In this document: piece by piece, positions 1-13,610 of the stretch
Layout: every line of letters starts with the position of its first letter
Position numbering within the stretch: position 1 is the first letter of the stretch
Origin: Rotaria socialis
Taxonomy: Eukaryota
Length of the DNA stretch: 64,000 nt
Assembly: GCA_905331295.1 (NCBI GenBank)
Contig: CAJNYD010000225.1
Coordinates: 186,001-250,000, forward strand
Direction of reading: 5' to 3'
Notes under the pieces: model-generated
Seen by the model: the letters and a program-made list of their open reading frames with translations, nothing else
Told to the model about the DNA's origin: nothing
The model's database searches: none
Translations under genes and position numbers: made by a program

Positions 1-297
1 ATCGCAAGTCTCCTCAACCGAATATAGATCTACATGTGGAAGCAATTAGGATTGATTAGGCGTCATCTCTTTCATTGTTTTCATCATGTCTACGACAATG
101 TTGAGCTGTAGTGGTGAACTTACAGAATGCAAAGCTCCTGTGCAAAGTTCTACTAGACAGATTGCCTTCAACAGACTATCAAACTCAGGGACATGCAAAA
201 ATTCAGATTAATATTGCTACCTTGTTTTCGGAATAATTTCAGCTTCTTCGTAGAAGTTGATGATAAGTCTTAAGCTACTTTATATTATTTTTGAAAA

Positions 298-3200
298 TTA
301 ATTCATTACTTCAGCTGTATTATTTCCTTTCTTACTATTTATTTCAGGATAATATGCCGTATATTGATTTTCATGGACAATTGGAAGACTAATACTATCG
401 TCATAATAAGCAGATTTTTCTTGTTTCTTATGTGATAGCAAGTCAGAAGGTGCTGTTTGTGGAGAAATAAGATTCATTTCTAGTTTCTGAGATATGCTAT
501 CCATTTTTGCATCGGTTTCACTATCTTCAAACAAGGTAAAACGTATGCCATCATAATTTTCTTCCATAACTGCTGTTGTTGCATGTTTAATTGTATCACT
601 TTGTGATACGAATCCATGCTTGCGAATGAATTTTTTCTTTGATTCATTGGTCTGATAATCACGGGTACATTTAAAACTAACAGCGTCGTCATGAACATCA
701 GAATAATCTACTGATTTTTTTCTATCTTGTATCTAGAGTTATTTCAAAGAATTTATCATTCATTCTACATGATTAACTTACGAATGTATTAGTGCTAGCA
801 TTACTATCGCCTCCGCGATTGCCGCCGTAAAAATCACTCTCACCATCATAACGACTGCGAAAATCAGATTCATCACTGAAAGATAATTCTGGTTCACTAG
901 CTTCATTTTCATCGCATAGTGTACCTTTGTCTTCAAAATCTTCTCTGAAAAAAATAATCACCATAGTAACATAATTTTTTTTTATATATTGTCAACTTAC
1001 AATGAATCCTTGTTAATACGTAAGTTCATTTCATTCAATCGTTTTTCTAATATTTTTCTTTCATTAATTGTTGCATTAATAATTTCATTATTTAAATCTA
1101 TGCATTCATATTCGTTGATTAGTAAATAGCAAATTTTCACAAAATTTCAAATTCCTACCTTCCCGTATTTTGTCATATAATTGTCGTGCTTTTTCTTTTT
1201 CTTGGAACGTTGTTCTATATGTATCAGCTATGGCTAATATTAACTCATATTTTGCATCACCACTAGAACGATGCGATATATTTTGACAAAGCTTTTCATA
1301 CTCAATTGATAATTCAATTTTATTTGATATTGACGCACTATCAAACACACGCTTTGCGTTAATTATTTTATCTTTAATTATATCTATTTGAGATCGTTCA
1401 TCATCCCAACCAGTGTATGGAAGTAAATCATTGCCATTTTCAAGCATAACATCCAGTAATCGAACACCCGACTCAAGTACGTGTCCATCACGTTCTTCTA
1501 TAGCTACAAAACTTGTAAATGAACTGACAACAGAATATTTCATACTAAGTTCAATTAAATCTTGTTTATACTATCTTTTAATAAGTTCATTTTCACATTC
1601 ATCATCATGTAATAAACTATTTTCATAATCTTGAATAATAGCACGAGCTGTTAAACAATGTAAAATACGTCCTTTTGTGTCAGTTATCTTATTACTAAAT
1701 ACAGTTGTAACATATTCTTGATTATTTATTGTTGCTGTTAATGTTGCTTTAAGACAATTTCGTATAAAACGATATACAGTCAAGAACATGCCATCAAATA
1801 ATGATCGAATTCGTTTTTGTGCTTGATTAGTAAACTTTTCTTGTTGATTGTCAATAGTTCCATGCCAATCAATTGATATATTTGTAACACATGGTTGACC
1901 AACATGTTCAAATATTTGAAGTACTTTTAATTTCCATCTTGAACGATAGTTTGAATCAAATATAGTCGTTGAACCACCACCATTTGTTCCATTAGCTAAT
2001 TGCCTTAAATTATGTTTATTTGATGTATCACCAATTGAACATGCAAATAAACGATCATGACGCATAGATGATTGATTTTCTAATAAAATTAAAATAGATT
2101 TCAGGTTATTGATGTGTCCATCAGAAAGAAGAATAAATTGTCGACTGGGTTTAGAGGAAGATGGTAAAAGAGAATATTGGCGAAGTACAGAAAATAGATC
2201 AGTATTACCACGATGATCGAGTGAATGCTGTAAGAAAAACAAGATCAGCTTAGAAGAAAACAAAGAACTAATACAAACCAAAACAAAATATTTCGCTTTG
2301 TCAATATTTTCTTTTGTATTAGGAGATGAAATAGGAAAACATTCATCATTGTCTAAAATGAATTCGTTCATAGAAGAAAAAAAAATTTGCAAAACAAAAA
2401 GAAACTCAATTTACCTGATCCAAATGTAACAATATTAAAAAGAATATTTCTACCATCTGTTTTCATATTCGCTAAAAATAAATGTGCTAACTGTTTTGCT
2501 TGTTGTACATGTTTTCCATCCATAGAATTTGATACATCAATAGTAAAAATAATTTCAACATATTCATTTGCATTATTAACAATTTCGAATTTTGGATAAA
2601 ACGTTAACATGCATGCTTGAGAATTTTCATTGGCCAATCGATTATTATTATTATTTGTATCGAATGAAACATATGTTTCATTTAACAATCTTGGTAGATT
2701 AACACTTTTAAGTGTTACTGAAAGAATAAAATCTTTTTCCAGTAGAACATTATCAATAAATTCAATCATAGCAAGACAATCAGTGATTTTTCGACGAAGT
2801 CGATGTGTTGGTGAAAACAGTTTTTCTATTTCATACGGCATACGTACTGATGCTTTAAGACTAAATTCAACTGATTTCATTGAAGAATTATCTTGTTCAA
2901 GATTAACTGATGGAAGTACAGTTTGATTTTGCATTTCTAAGACTTGTTTTGATTGCCATGAAGCCACTTTAGCTGGTAGACAGAATATAATATCATTATT
3001 TTCAATAGATAATTCAGTAACATAAGTAATTTTAATAATCACTTCACAGTTAGCTGGCAAATTACCAACAGACACACTAAATACTTCTGGTTGTTCTTGA
3101 TGCATTAAATATGCACCATGACCTTTCTCAATAGCTTCACGATATTCACGTTTAGCTTGTTCTTTTTCTTTTACAATACCTTTACTTATCTTATTATTAA

Positions 3201-6200
3201 TATGAGCTTCAAAACCGCAAACAGATGAATTTTCATCAAGAGGAAATACATATTTTGCTTCAATAGGTGTTGTACTTGTATTATGATAAACTTGATAAAG
3301 AACAACCTAAAACAATTCATCAAAAATAATTTTCTTTTTAGAAAAGACAAATATTTTGTTTACTTCAGCAGTAACATCAACAAGTTGAGCGCGAATATGG
3401 AAACCTTTAAGTGGAATAAGTTGACCTGATGATGGACAAATTAAGCCATAGTCTTGTTCTGCAACTTGGATTACTTCATCTTCAATTGTTAAAGGAACGT
3501 CCACTGTAATAAATAAATATATATATGTACAAATGTATAATGACCACTGTTTGGACTAAAATAATTCTATGCATAGATAATAACATATGTCAGTAAAATG
3601 TTATAACTTATATTCTTGTAAACTGATGTTCGATTACAAAATCTGTCTTGTTTTTTTATAAAGTGAAAATAAAAATATGTAGAAATTCCTAGTTGTGTGA
3701 TTAGTATTGATCAAAATTCTATTCCTCCTTCATAAACTATATAGCTAAAATTCGTTGCAGAATTTCGAAGTATTAGTGTGTTTTTAGTTTTCTATATTAT
3801 TTTTAATAAATTATCTAAAATTTGGTGGTAAAAAATATGTAATTACGTTCACCTGACAATGATTTCGATTGATTCATTAAATTATCACGAATAATTGGTA
3901 ATAATATTGACGATTGATTAACATTATCATGTGGTATCCATGAAAGTTCAACAAGATAGAGTAATCGTTGTTGATCAAGATTATAAATAGCATATTCATC
4001 GTCCTGAATAAAGATAATAATAGAAAAGGCTGACTGAAACAATAGAACATCGTTACCACAAACTTTGAATTATTTTCATCATTTTTTTTCACTCCATGTG
4101 TACTATGAAAATTTTCAGGTGGTTGAGTTAAATTTGATGTGTATGAATAGAATTTCGCGGACTCTCCTAATGCTACTTGAGATATACATAATAATCGTCG
4201 ATCAGGACGTGTAACACTAGGTGTTGTATATTTTAATGATGTTGAAGCAGAATCAGAAAAGTAAAGTCCATATCCTAAACATCCAATATCAGTACGTACT
4301 ACTCCTAAATTATTAACGACCACTTTGGGCATGAGCAAACCACTAAAATACAAAGAAGAACACATTTGAATAGAGTAAAAAAACAGAATTTCTTCTCTCT
4401 TTTTCCTTTTAAATTCAATTACCGCGATAGAATACCAAGAAAATTATTATATTTTGATCCGTGAAAAAATTGTTTTTGATTAAAAAGTGTTGAACGAAAA
4501 TTAAGTGTATCTGTTTGTTTAGCTACAGAATATATTTGATGAATAATCACCTGTTCATTACTGTAAAAATATACAAAACTTTTATTCTATCGTAGTGACA
4601 ATAAACAAACAAATACGAACGAATTTGTTGATGAAGATATCATATCACTAATTGTTATACATTCATTTGTATCATTTTTAAGGGTTCTATATGACATTTT
4701 AATGCTCGATATTTTGCTTCGACCGATGCTTTTATATTCCAATTTGTTAATTCATTTACAGAAACCATATCGCGTAGCATCTAAATTTTGAAAAATTACA
4801 AAAATCTAAATGAATATGATTAAAACAAATTTTCCTACCTGACATAAATCTAATTTATCAACTAATATACGACGATTATTAGTAAGATCAACAACAAATG
4901 CTTTTTGATGGGGAATAAGTGAATGGAAACGTTTTTCTGCTTCTGATGATGATTTACTATCGGATGCAATTTCTAGTAAAGCAGCTTCTGCTTCAACAAT
5001 CTAATTACAGTAATAAAAAACAATGAGATGAATAAAAATTCTCTATCTATATTCGTTCCTACGGTCTTAAGAGTTATTGTCTCTGGTTTTACAGCAAGTA
5101 TGTTGTTCAAATCGCTAATTGATTCAATCCAAAGAGATTCGACTAATTGACAAACATTATCATCAAGCATTTGTGTATCAATACGATCAAGAAATAAAGA
5201 CTAGAAATATTACCAATATTGTTTTTAAGAAAAATAATTGTTTTATTTATTTTACTCGTAATAATAACTTTGAACTTAATTTATTAGGTAATAAATCTCG
5301 AATTCTTGTTATTCGTGGCTTGTTGCAACACGATAATAATATGTAGCAAACAATTGATGTAATTCATTAATATCATTACTAAATGCATATTGAATTAAAG
5401 ATATGTTACCTTTTGATTTTGTTATAGTTCGTTTTTCATAACGAAATCTTAGTCGATAATCATTATTTGATTGATTATTATATTCCTCTGGGATTATCTG
5501 AAGTTCAATAGCAAAATAAACATCAGAGTTGTCATTTGTTTCCTATCTCAAAAGAAGTTTTATCAAAAAGAAATTTTATTTTCAAGTCAATATGTACTTT
5601 GAAAATAGCCCATTTACCAATTTCAGCAAATGTTAATTCATGAAAACGTGGTAATTCAACATCATCCGAATTCCAAATCTTTATTTTTGACAAATCTAAT
5701 TTGATAGGCTTCACTGTACTATTTGAAGGATTGCTTCCTCCTAACAACGAAAACAAAATTCTACATTCATTTTTTTTCATATTTCAATGAAAGTAATTTA
5801 TTCACCTGTAACTGGTAGACTACCATTTTTTTAGAAAATTCTCTTTATCTTCTGCTGATGTTACAATAAATCGTTTAAGATCAATCGGTTGATTTTCTTT
5901 GGATGCATCACGATACGCATAAATATATTCAAAATTGATTAATGGTATACCGAGCTGTTTTGCTCGACGAGTTTTATATGTATCAGCATCATTTGAAACC
6001 AAAACATAATCAGCCTAGATAAATATCAATTGAACTATATTCAACATGGAAATTATTCAAAGCATAGACTAGCTGTTAAAATATATGAAATATGCGCATT
6101 TTGTTCACGTAAATAATTCACCAATTCTTGTTTAGCTTTGAAACGAACATCTCGACCAAGTTCCAGAACAAATGTTCTATTACTTATTGATGATATGGAC

Positions 6201-6217
6201 GATGATTTTTTAGTCAT
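298..6217 (-). pseudogene. PARP4: PARP4 (vault PARP)-like gene: BRCT, WGR-like, PARP regulatory, PARP catalytic, VIT and vWA domains; multiple disabling lesions; 3' end unresolved
   Basis: Spliced ORFs from ATG 6217 give a BRCT-like N-terminus (KAKQELVNYLREQNAHIS...RAKQLGIPLI), PARP catalytic motifs (FFHGS ~4460, GYGLYFS ~4265, DDEYAIY ~3995), a VIT domain (IEAKYVFPLDE...CGFEA...EKEQAKREY...FSVSVGNLP) and a vWA MIDAS (IDVSNSM...LLSDG). Lesions: frameshifts at ~5828, ~5320 and ~4678, an in-frame TAG at 1571-1573, and no in-phase GT donor at ~6068. Confidence 0.85.
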
Positions 6218-6539
6218 CTTAAAACTACAAAAAGAAAAATGCGAAAAGCAGCAATGTCTCTTCCGTTTTACTTTATTTTTCAATTGACTGATTATAAGAA
6301 GAAAAAACAAAAATAATTCGTATGGCACTAAAGACTCACCTGATACGCGATAGTTATTTGCACGAAGAAAAAAGCAAGCAAAACTAATCTAAACTTTTTC
6401 ATTTTTCCTTCGCCATATGTCAGAAATATTGTTCTTGCACAAGTCAATGCAATTCTTCTGCCAGAATATGTTGTTATTTGTTTTTCTTATAGTCCGAACA
6501 GGCAAAAGATAAAAATACACCATTTTAATCAGTATTATT

Positions 6540-8202
6540 CTCGTCGTTGTTGTAGGTCAATACTTATCTTGATAACCCTTATTTAGTTTATTACTGTTTG
6601 ATGTATTCATGGAATATCGTTCAGTACAATAATCAATAGCAACATATCTTCTATTTCAAAAACATTTAAATAAACTGATACTGACTTTGGATTTTCATAT
6701 AATTGCAGCATAGCCATATGAAAGGTGTTCATTCAAACAATATTAATGATTATAATTAAAAAATCTAATTACTTAAAAATATCTTTGGGCTATTTAGTGC
6801 TCGTTGAATATTGAAATTTTTTACAATACCTCGAAGTATAATTTAATTTGGAAGAAATTCTCGTTCATTATTAACATCAATTATATTCTTCTATTGTTCT
6901 TCATCAGTAATAAGGTATTGATATTAAAAATTTATTAATAAATATAAATGAAAAATAAAGATTTTTTTCCATACAGCTAAATTTCTATCATTCACACACA
7001 CATATAAGTAAAACATTTCTTATATCATTATAGATACAGTCTCTTTCTTGTAATGATTGAATAGACTGCTTGAGAGAAAAAGATACATTGATTAAAAAGA
7101 AATTTTTTTTATGACTCGAAATGATACGGAATGGATCGCTTTGTGAATATAGGTTGAGTGTTTCAATCTGTTTCGTTTTCCAATGTTATCAGTACTTTTT
7201 TGAGTTAAAAATCGATAACAGTATCTAAATATCATTTTTTCAAAACAGCGTAACAAACTTCTACAAAAGTGAATTCTTTTTGTAACTTTTCTTACTAATT
7301 TCGTTTGTTCTAAGGCTTGTTGCTTAGTGAAGCCAATATTAACTAGTCTCATTGTTTGATTCTGATTTATGTCTCTCGGATTCGATTTTATTTTCTATGA
7401 TTTTGAAAGAATTTCTACAAAATATAAGTTTGAAAAAAATACTCGTTAGCTTTTTTTAAAGATATGTTCTGCATCTCGACGATGCCATAGTCATTTTTGT
7501 AATGTTTCAATTGGTGTAAATAACAAACTAATAAAGTCGTTCGTAAATTAAATATTATTGCCGTTACTTTCTTCTTCTGTGAGATGAACATTCCAAGCAA
7601 TATGCCAGTATTACTTTTATTTTTTTCTGCTATTTGTTGAAATCCAGAAAATGAATATATAGGCAGGAAAAGATCTTATATTCAAAAGTCGATTCATATC
7701 TGATCAATAGAAAACGGTTCGATCGTCTACAAAATCAAATGTAAACATTTTGTAGGATGAACTTTTATTTCTCCAGTATAATACTTTTATAGCGTTTAAC
7801 AAATACTGAGCGAGTTACGCTGCTAGAATATATTCATCTAGCAAAAACACATCTTGACAAAAATCATTTTATTTTCTCAATAAATAATCTATCGTCCATC
7901 TTTAAACTCTTCTTGATTTGAAGTTTTTCTGTTGATCAATGACTTTTTCTTTTTATTCAATCGATATTAACTTATAATAATCGAATGCATTCAATGCAAT
8001 AAAACTAATTTAAAGTCGATAAGTTGATATGATCTTTTTTTATCAAAACTTGCATGACTAAATATTTTACATGTGCAAATATTGTTTTCTCCGGCGGAAA
8101 TAACTCTTAGAACATTGTTCGAGTGTTTGACCAACGCGTGGGTGTAAAATGTTCTATTTCATCGTCACTTAAATAAACTATTGCACTTGTCGTTCTTGCC
8201 AT
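6540..8202 (-). pseudogene. Heavily degraded multi-exon gene of unknown function with a UBA-like segment
   Basis: Acceptor then ATG 8202 (MARTTSAIVYLSDDEIEHFTPTRWSNTRTMF*ELFPPEKTIFAH|gt). Protein-like frames with many TAA/TGA follow, and RLVNIGFTKQQALEQ at ~7300-7350 resembles a UBA motif. The 3' limit is approximate. Confidence 0.4.
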
Positions 8203-10021
8203 TTTTATTATCAAAAAACAAAATCTAGAAAAAAATGAACCAAAAAACTTTCTTTGTTTTTGCTTTTTGTCTGTTGCATTCGAAAGAAATACGAAAAGAA
8301 AACTTTGTTACAACAGAAACACACACAAAAAGAAAAGAAAAGAAGAAGACATTTTCTCTCATTTCGGCCTTATACATATATCTGTAAGTTGAGAGAGAAC
8401 AAGGGATTACAGAGGATACACATACGCAAACAAATAAACGAAAAAAAGAGAAAAAAAGAGAGACAAATATGAAATGATAAGTTTCGATTTTTTTTCTTGT
8501 CTTATTTTTCGAAATACATATCAGTGTTGAAGTTTATAATAGGAATAAACTAGACAAAGATAGAGTCAATGTGTACAAGTTAAACGATATACTCACATAA
8601 ACATATAGAGAAAAGAATTTATTTACAGAGACAAACTACAGTGATCATCAATTACATGTGGAGAAATATACGCGAACTATTTTTAAAAAAAAAAGAAGAA
8701 AAGCAAAAGCATTATTCTGTTTGTCTCTTTCTTTTTTCTCTCGTTTCGTTGTCTGTTGAAGATAATGATTAGTTTAGATTAAGATACTGCCCATTTTCTT
8801 TAAGCCAATCAACAGCACAGGCTTTTACATGCGCCGTTATTCCTTGACATTTAAGCGATTTTCGACATTGAATATTTGGCTAAACAAAAACAATATATAA
8901 CGTGCAAAAGTTCATTTCATCTTCAGATTATTATTAGAGAAGTTCAAATGAAATAGGAAAATTGAGTAGATTAGTTCTTTCGTATAATATTTCATTAGAA
9001 CATATCATACGGAGTCATCCATAAGAAAACAATAGAACTTGTGAATGTGTTGTTGTACAAGCTGTTATACAAATTTTAGATTTAAATATAGGTGATCAGA
9101 ACTTTCTTGTCCTTGAGAAGTCAAAATTTCTGAAATGTTTATTATAGTATTTTAGAAGACTCCGTTAGTAACGAAAATATAAGAGACATTTCTCTCGAAC
9201 TAAATATTACCTAGTTCATGGTTTTAGAGTCTTTTAAAATAAGACTTCTTTCTACTGTATATCCTACTCTATATCAGTTTTCATCCTCTTGCTCTAGCTT
9301 GCAGAAATCTATATGATCTTAACATCTACTTTTATATTCCTACCGGACACAGTTATTGATGAATACTCTCCTATATTGAATTTATAATTTCCACTAATTT
9401 CAAAAAAAGAAATCACGATGTTTGATAGTGTGCTCAAAAGCTACGACTACCAGCTCTGGAATCATTTTTGTCACGTTGCTGATGGCTGTTTGTCTTGAAT
9501 CCTCTATCTAACGACTTCAACTATTATTAGTCGTACGGAAGATATCAAACTGTTTGCTCAAACTCTAGAGAACTCTTCATACCTAAAGTAAGAGCTATTT
9601 TTGTTTGATCTGTTCATTTTTGATCAAACTCCTCTGTTTTCTTTTCTCTAAACGAAAGATAACTCGAATAAACGTAATCTATATAATTCTTTTTTATGTT
9701 GACTTCAACTTTATTCTGATATCTTCAAAAAAGAATCTACATTTCTACATACACAATTTTTATTTACTATTCTTTTTTGCATTCAATTGTAACTTAATAT
9801 TTCATTGTAAACATAAGAAAATAACTAAAAGACGAATATGATTTCCTAACGTATATTGAAAAATGTTGATCCTATTTAATACGAAGCGATGCATGGCAAG
9901 AAAGACTAATTTTTTTTTGCAAAAAAATGAAATAAAAAAACAAACGTTGATGATGATTGTGGATTTGTTTGTTGTCTCGATTTGTTCTTACTAACGAAAA
10001 GAATTTGTTTTTTTTTTTTGA

Positions 10022-10952
10022 TTAAAAAGTATCTATGATCGAACATTTGTAGACTGAATCGCTGTTTAAAGAACTTACACATTCATATTCTCCTTCAGCA
10101 TTTTTCATTAATAAAGTCACAATTTTATTTTTGCCACTTCGTCGTTTTTTAACAGCATTAACTGCCAATTGTTGTGATGATCGATCTTGATGATGTGAAT
10201 TAGTTTGATGATGATTAGCGTGTGCAGTACTTGTATGGTGTGGTTGATGATGTGATGGGAGTTTATTTGGATTAGTTGCAACAGTACCATTTTGTTGCGC
10301 AGGTAAAGGATGATGAGCTACGTGATGATTTGTTGTGCCAACAGCAAGTGCAGCAGCAGCAGCTGCAGCCGTTGATGCTGCTGCAGCTTGTTGTTGAGTT
10401 GTTTGACTAATATAACCGCATTGATGTTGTATAAGTGCTGCTTGTGACATAGAAATTTTTCCAACTGTAGCCCATCGTTCAAGTAATTCGCATAGTGTAC
10501 GTTGTTTTTCATCTAGTACTTGTGCTGTTGTTGATGTTGGTTGCTGCTGAGATGTTGTCAATAATGCACGAATATTTGCTTTGACTATATTCGTTTCTAT
10601 TTATATTAAAAAAATAAAATAAGCTAAGAAAACTAAGAGCGTAATCTTCTATTTACCATTAATTAATTGTTCGATTTCATATCTCAATAGGTTTTCGTGT
10701 TCATGTATATGATCAATACAAAGTAATAGATGACAATGCGGACCTAGAATATACATTGAATTTAAATACATGAATTCAACTAACAAAAATCTTACAAGAA
10801 ACATAAAGATTTCTTGAACATGTTAATAAACCATTTTCATTTCTATGTTGACATTTGACTGATATTGTTTGACATATACCAGAAAAATAGAGAGAAGATG
10901 CTTGATCATCAGCTGCTTGTTGTGTTGCAGCCATATGTGTACCGGCTGCCAT
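10022..10952 (-). CDS. Hypothetical protein with N-terminal B-box-like Cys/His zinc finger, coiled-coil and Ala/His/Gln-rich low-complexity region
   Basis: Three exons (10952-10796, 10743-10657, 10584-10022) join in phase via GT-AG introns. They give CQH...CSRNLYVSCPHCHLLLCIDHIHEH, then poly-Ala and His-rich tracts and a KKRR basic patch. Confidence 0.75.
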
Positions 10953-11761
10953 TTTGTCCAAAGGCACAAAAGGATATACTTCGTAGTTTTTCTTTTTTTT
11001 ATTAAATCAACGTTGAATTTCAATTAATTAAAATGCAGGAAAAGGAAAATAAAATTAGTAAATGTTGATTGATTTTGCTTTTGTTTTGATATTATTCAAT
11101 TTGAAATATGAACAAAGAAATGAAATGGCAACGTTCGTTTTTCACTGGTGAAGAGGATCTAAAGTGAATAAACAATACTCGTAATTAACGATCTTTTGAC
11201 AAAAGAAATTCCAGCTGATCCAACTTCATTATCCATATTTTACATTGGAAATGTTGAGAATCAACAGCCATCATGATTTTTATTGACACTCATTATGTAT
11301 AGAGGCCTTTGTGCTTATTTTAGTGTGATATTAGCGACATCTTTTTTAATATTAAGAACAAATCAAATAATGAAATTTGATAATGAAAAATAAAAACATG
11401 AACAATATTATATCATTGGTTTATTTTTTGAAAGACAAATTATTTGATAGTCGCCAAATAATGAGTCATCACTACTTGATTGATATATATTTTGATTGAT
11501 GTGTTCTAAATTTGATTTGCTGACAGAGTTTCAGTAGGGTTTCGTTCTGAGATGCAAATGAAGTTACAAGTGTATAAGTTTGAAAAGAAGGATTTGCATT
11601 TACTCATGTGAGTACTCTTCTACATTTGTCATTATGTTTCTTACAACAGGTACCTATAAATAAAAGAGTAAGTGGGAAGGGATGCGCGTTTAAAGAACGC
11701 ACATAGCTTAGATTGAATCGTGAAAAAATTTATCAGATCTATTTTTGACTGTTCAGCTTTC

Positions 11762-12594
11762 CAGGAATGGACGAGTCAAGCCTTTTTTCGAGTCGAGTCG
11801 AGTCTAGTCAAATTATTCTTAGCAGGCTTTTTTTCATTTTACTAATACCAAAGACTTTAACAGCAAGTTTTCATTCTGCAATATGTAAAAACAACTATTC
11901 CAGATTAAAGAAAAAAAACGATAATATTAAAATCAACTCTTGTTTTGGTACAGTTCAATATTACGAAAAAACTGCGTTTTTAAAAAAACAATAACTTAAT
12001 TTAAATCTTACAAAAAAAACTTATTTAGTTACATTCAAATTAATATCTTATTGCATTTCAAAGATGTTAAAACACAGATATTATTTTCTGTAAAACGCGA
12101 ACGATTCGGTCTCAGTAGAAGACCACTTTGAGAAAAGACACGTTCAATTGGTGCAGATGTAGCTGGCACACACATATTTTTTCTAGCAAGATTTTTAAGA
12201 CGAGGATGTGAATTTCCTTTTTTGAAAATGACATTGCTATTTTTGTTTGAACCAAATTGTAGCGTTGGCAGTAAGAATTTTTTATTTTCGTATATAAACA
12301 CGTACACCCATCAAAACAAGAGGAAACAAATTTTATCCAATACTCCATTAAGACGATCTTTTTCTGAGCATATAAATACATAGATATAGAAAAAAATCTC
12401 TTAGAAATTCTTTCAAATGAAATATATTCGATTAGAACGAAAGTTGTGAACACATGCGTGTTTAATTTTATCAAAATGAAATTCTTTTTTAATGAAAAAA
12501 TGAATTTTTTTGAATCAATTATTCGAGGCAAACAGTCGAGTCATCTTTACTAAATTCTCGAACCCGAGTCATGATTCGGACTCGCCCATCCTTA
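11762..12594. mobile_element. Non-autonomous hAT DNA transposon (internally deleted)
   Basis: TIRs CAGGAATGGACGAGTC / GACTCGCCCATCCTTA; 8-bp TSD CAGCTTTC/GAGCTTTC (7/8); subterminal CGAGT repeats; internal hAT transposase remnant. Confidence 0.85.
12035..12215 (-). pseudogene. hAT transposase C-terminal dimerization-domain remnant
   Basis: HPRLKNLARKNMCVPATSAPIERVFSQSGLLLRPNRSRF...LKCN matches the hAT dimerization motif (PATS..xER.FS..G...R.RL). Confidence 0.85.
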
Positions 12595-12767
12595 GAGCTT
12601 TCTCAGATAATCTTTTCAAAAATTCACTGTTCTTACTCATACCCATTGATAGATATCAACTCTTTTGTGCAGTCTTAGATACTAACAACATATAAATTGT
12701 CAATCGTATGCTACTGAAAGAAGTCGATTTTTTTCAGAAAATCTCAAAATTTCATTCACGTATAATA

Positions 12768-13610
12768 GCATGCGGTGCCAAAATCTTTGGAATAATGTCA
12801 AACACTGTTAGACCATGTTGGAGACTTCTAATTCAGTTGACTTGTTTCTTGTTGGAAAGAGCAGTGTGTGAACTTCAATTTTTTTGCCAAACATTTTTGT
12901 CGGACTAATCTGGAAATGAGGAAAAGCCAAAAACTAAACGCATCGAAAAAAGTTTTTGCAACCTGGAAAAATTGGTGTTTCAAAAACATCTTAAACTACA
13001 TGAGTAGAATTTTAACAAAATATAAACCACAATGTAGAGTTTCAAAAGCTCTATCGATACCAGCTTGTGGAAGATTTCAAGAATATCTACTAGGAATCAT
13101 GCATGAACTCTATTTTTTCGCTTTATTTATACGAAATATATCAGACCTTAGAAGCTTGACAGCAAAAATAACTTAACAAATATCTTTTGCAGTTTCAAAA
13201 TGGTTACATTGTGAGAATGACCAAATTTATCAGGCTCTCTCGAAAAAAGCAATATTTCAGTATAAAAACTAACACTAAATTTAACTTTCAATACACCATT
13301 GGAAAGAGCATCCTTTATGCTACAAAAATCATCATTGATGGTGATTTATTCATTCTCTGTTTCACTTTAAAAGAATTCAATAGAAATAGAAAATGATACT
13401 GCTGGATGGTGAAGTTGCAAGAACTTTTTTTCATACGTTTAGTTTTTGCCTTTCCTCATTTCCAGATTTGTCCTAGAAAAATATGTTTGACACACAATTT
13501 GAAGTTCAGACACGGCTCTTTCCAACAAGAAAAAAAATCACCTGAACTAGAAGTCTCCAACATGGTCTAACAGCGTGTGACATTATTGCAAAGACTTTTG
13601 CACCGCATGC
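12768..13610. mobile_element. MITE with ~195-bp terminal inverted repeats
   Basis: 12768-~12964 is the reverse complement of ~13413-13610 (GCATGCGGTGC...GTTAGACCATGTTGGAGACTTCTA...). TA flanks both sides; no coding capacity. Confidence 0.85.

Noticed and set aside
1571..1573. Stop-codon readthrough or alternative genetic code in PARP4
   Set aside because: Intact genes in the window end in TAA, TAG and TGA normally, and PARP4 has other lesions.
8254..9841. Short K/F-rich ORFs here, and antisense ORFs over real exons elsewhere in the window
   Set aside because: Low-complexity products of AT-rich non-coding DNA or shadows of genes on the opposite strand.
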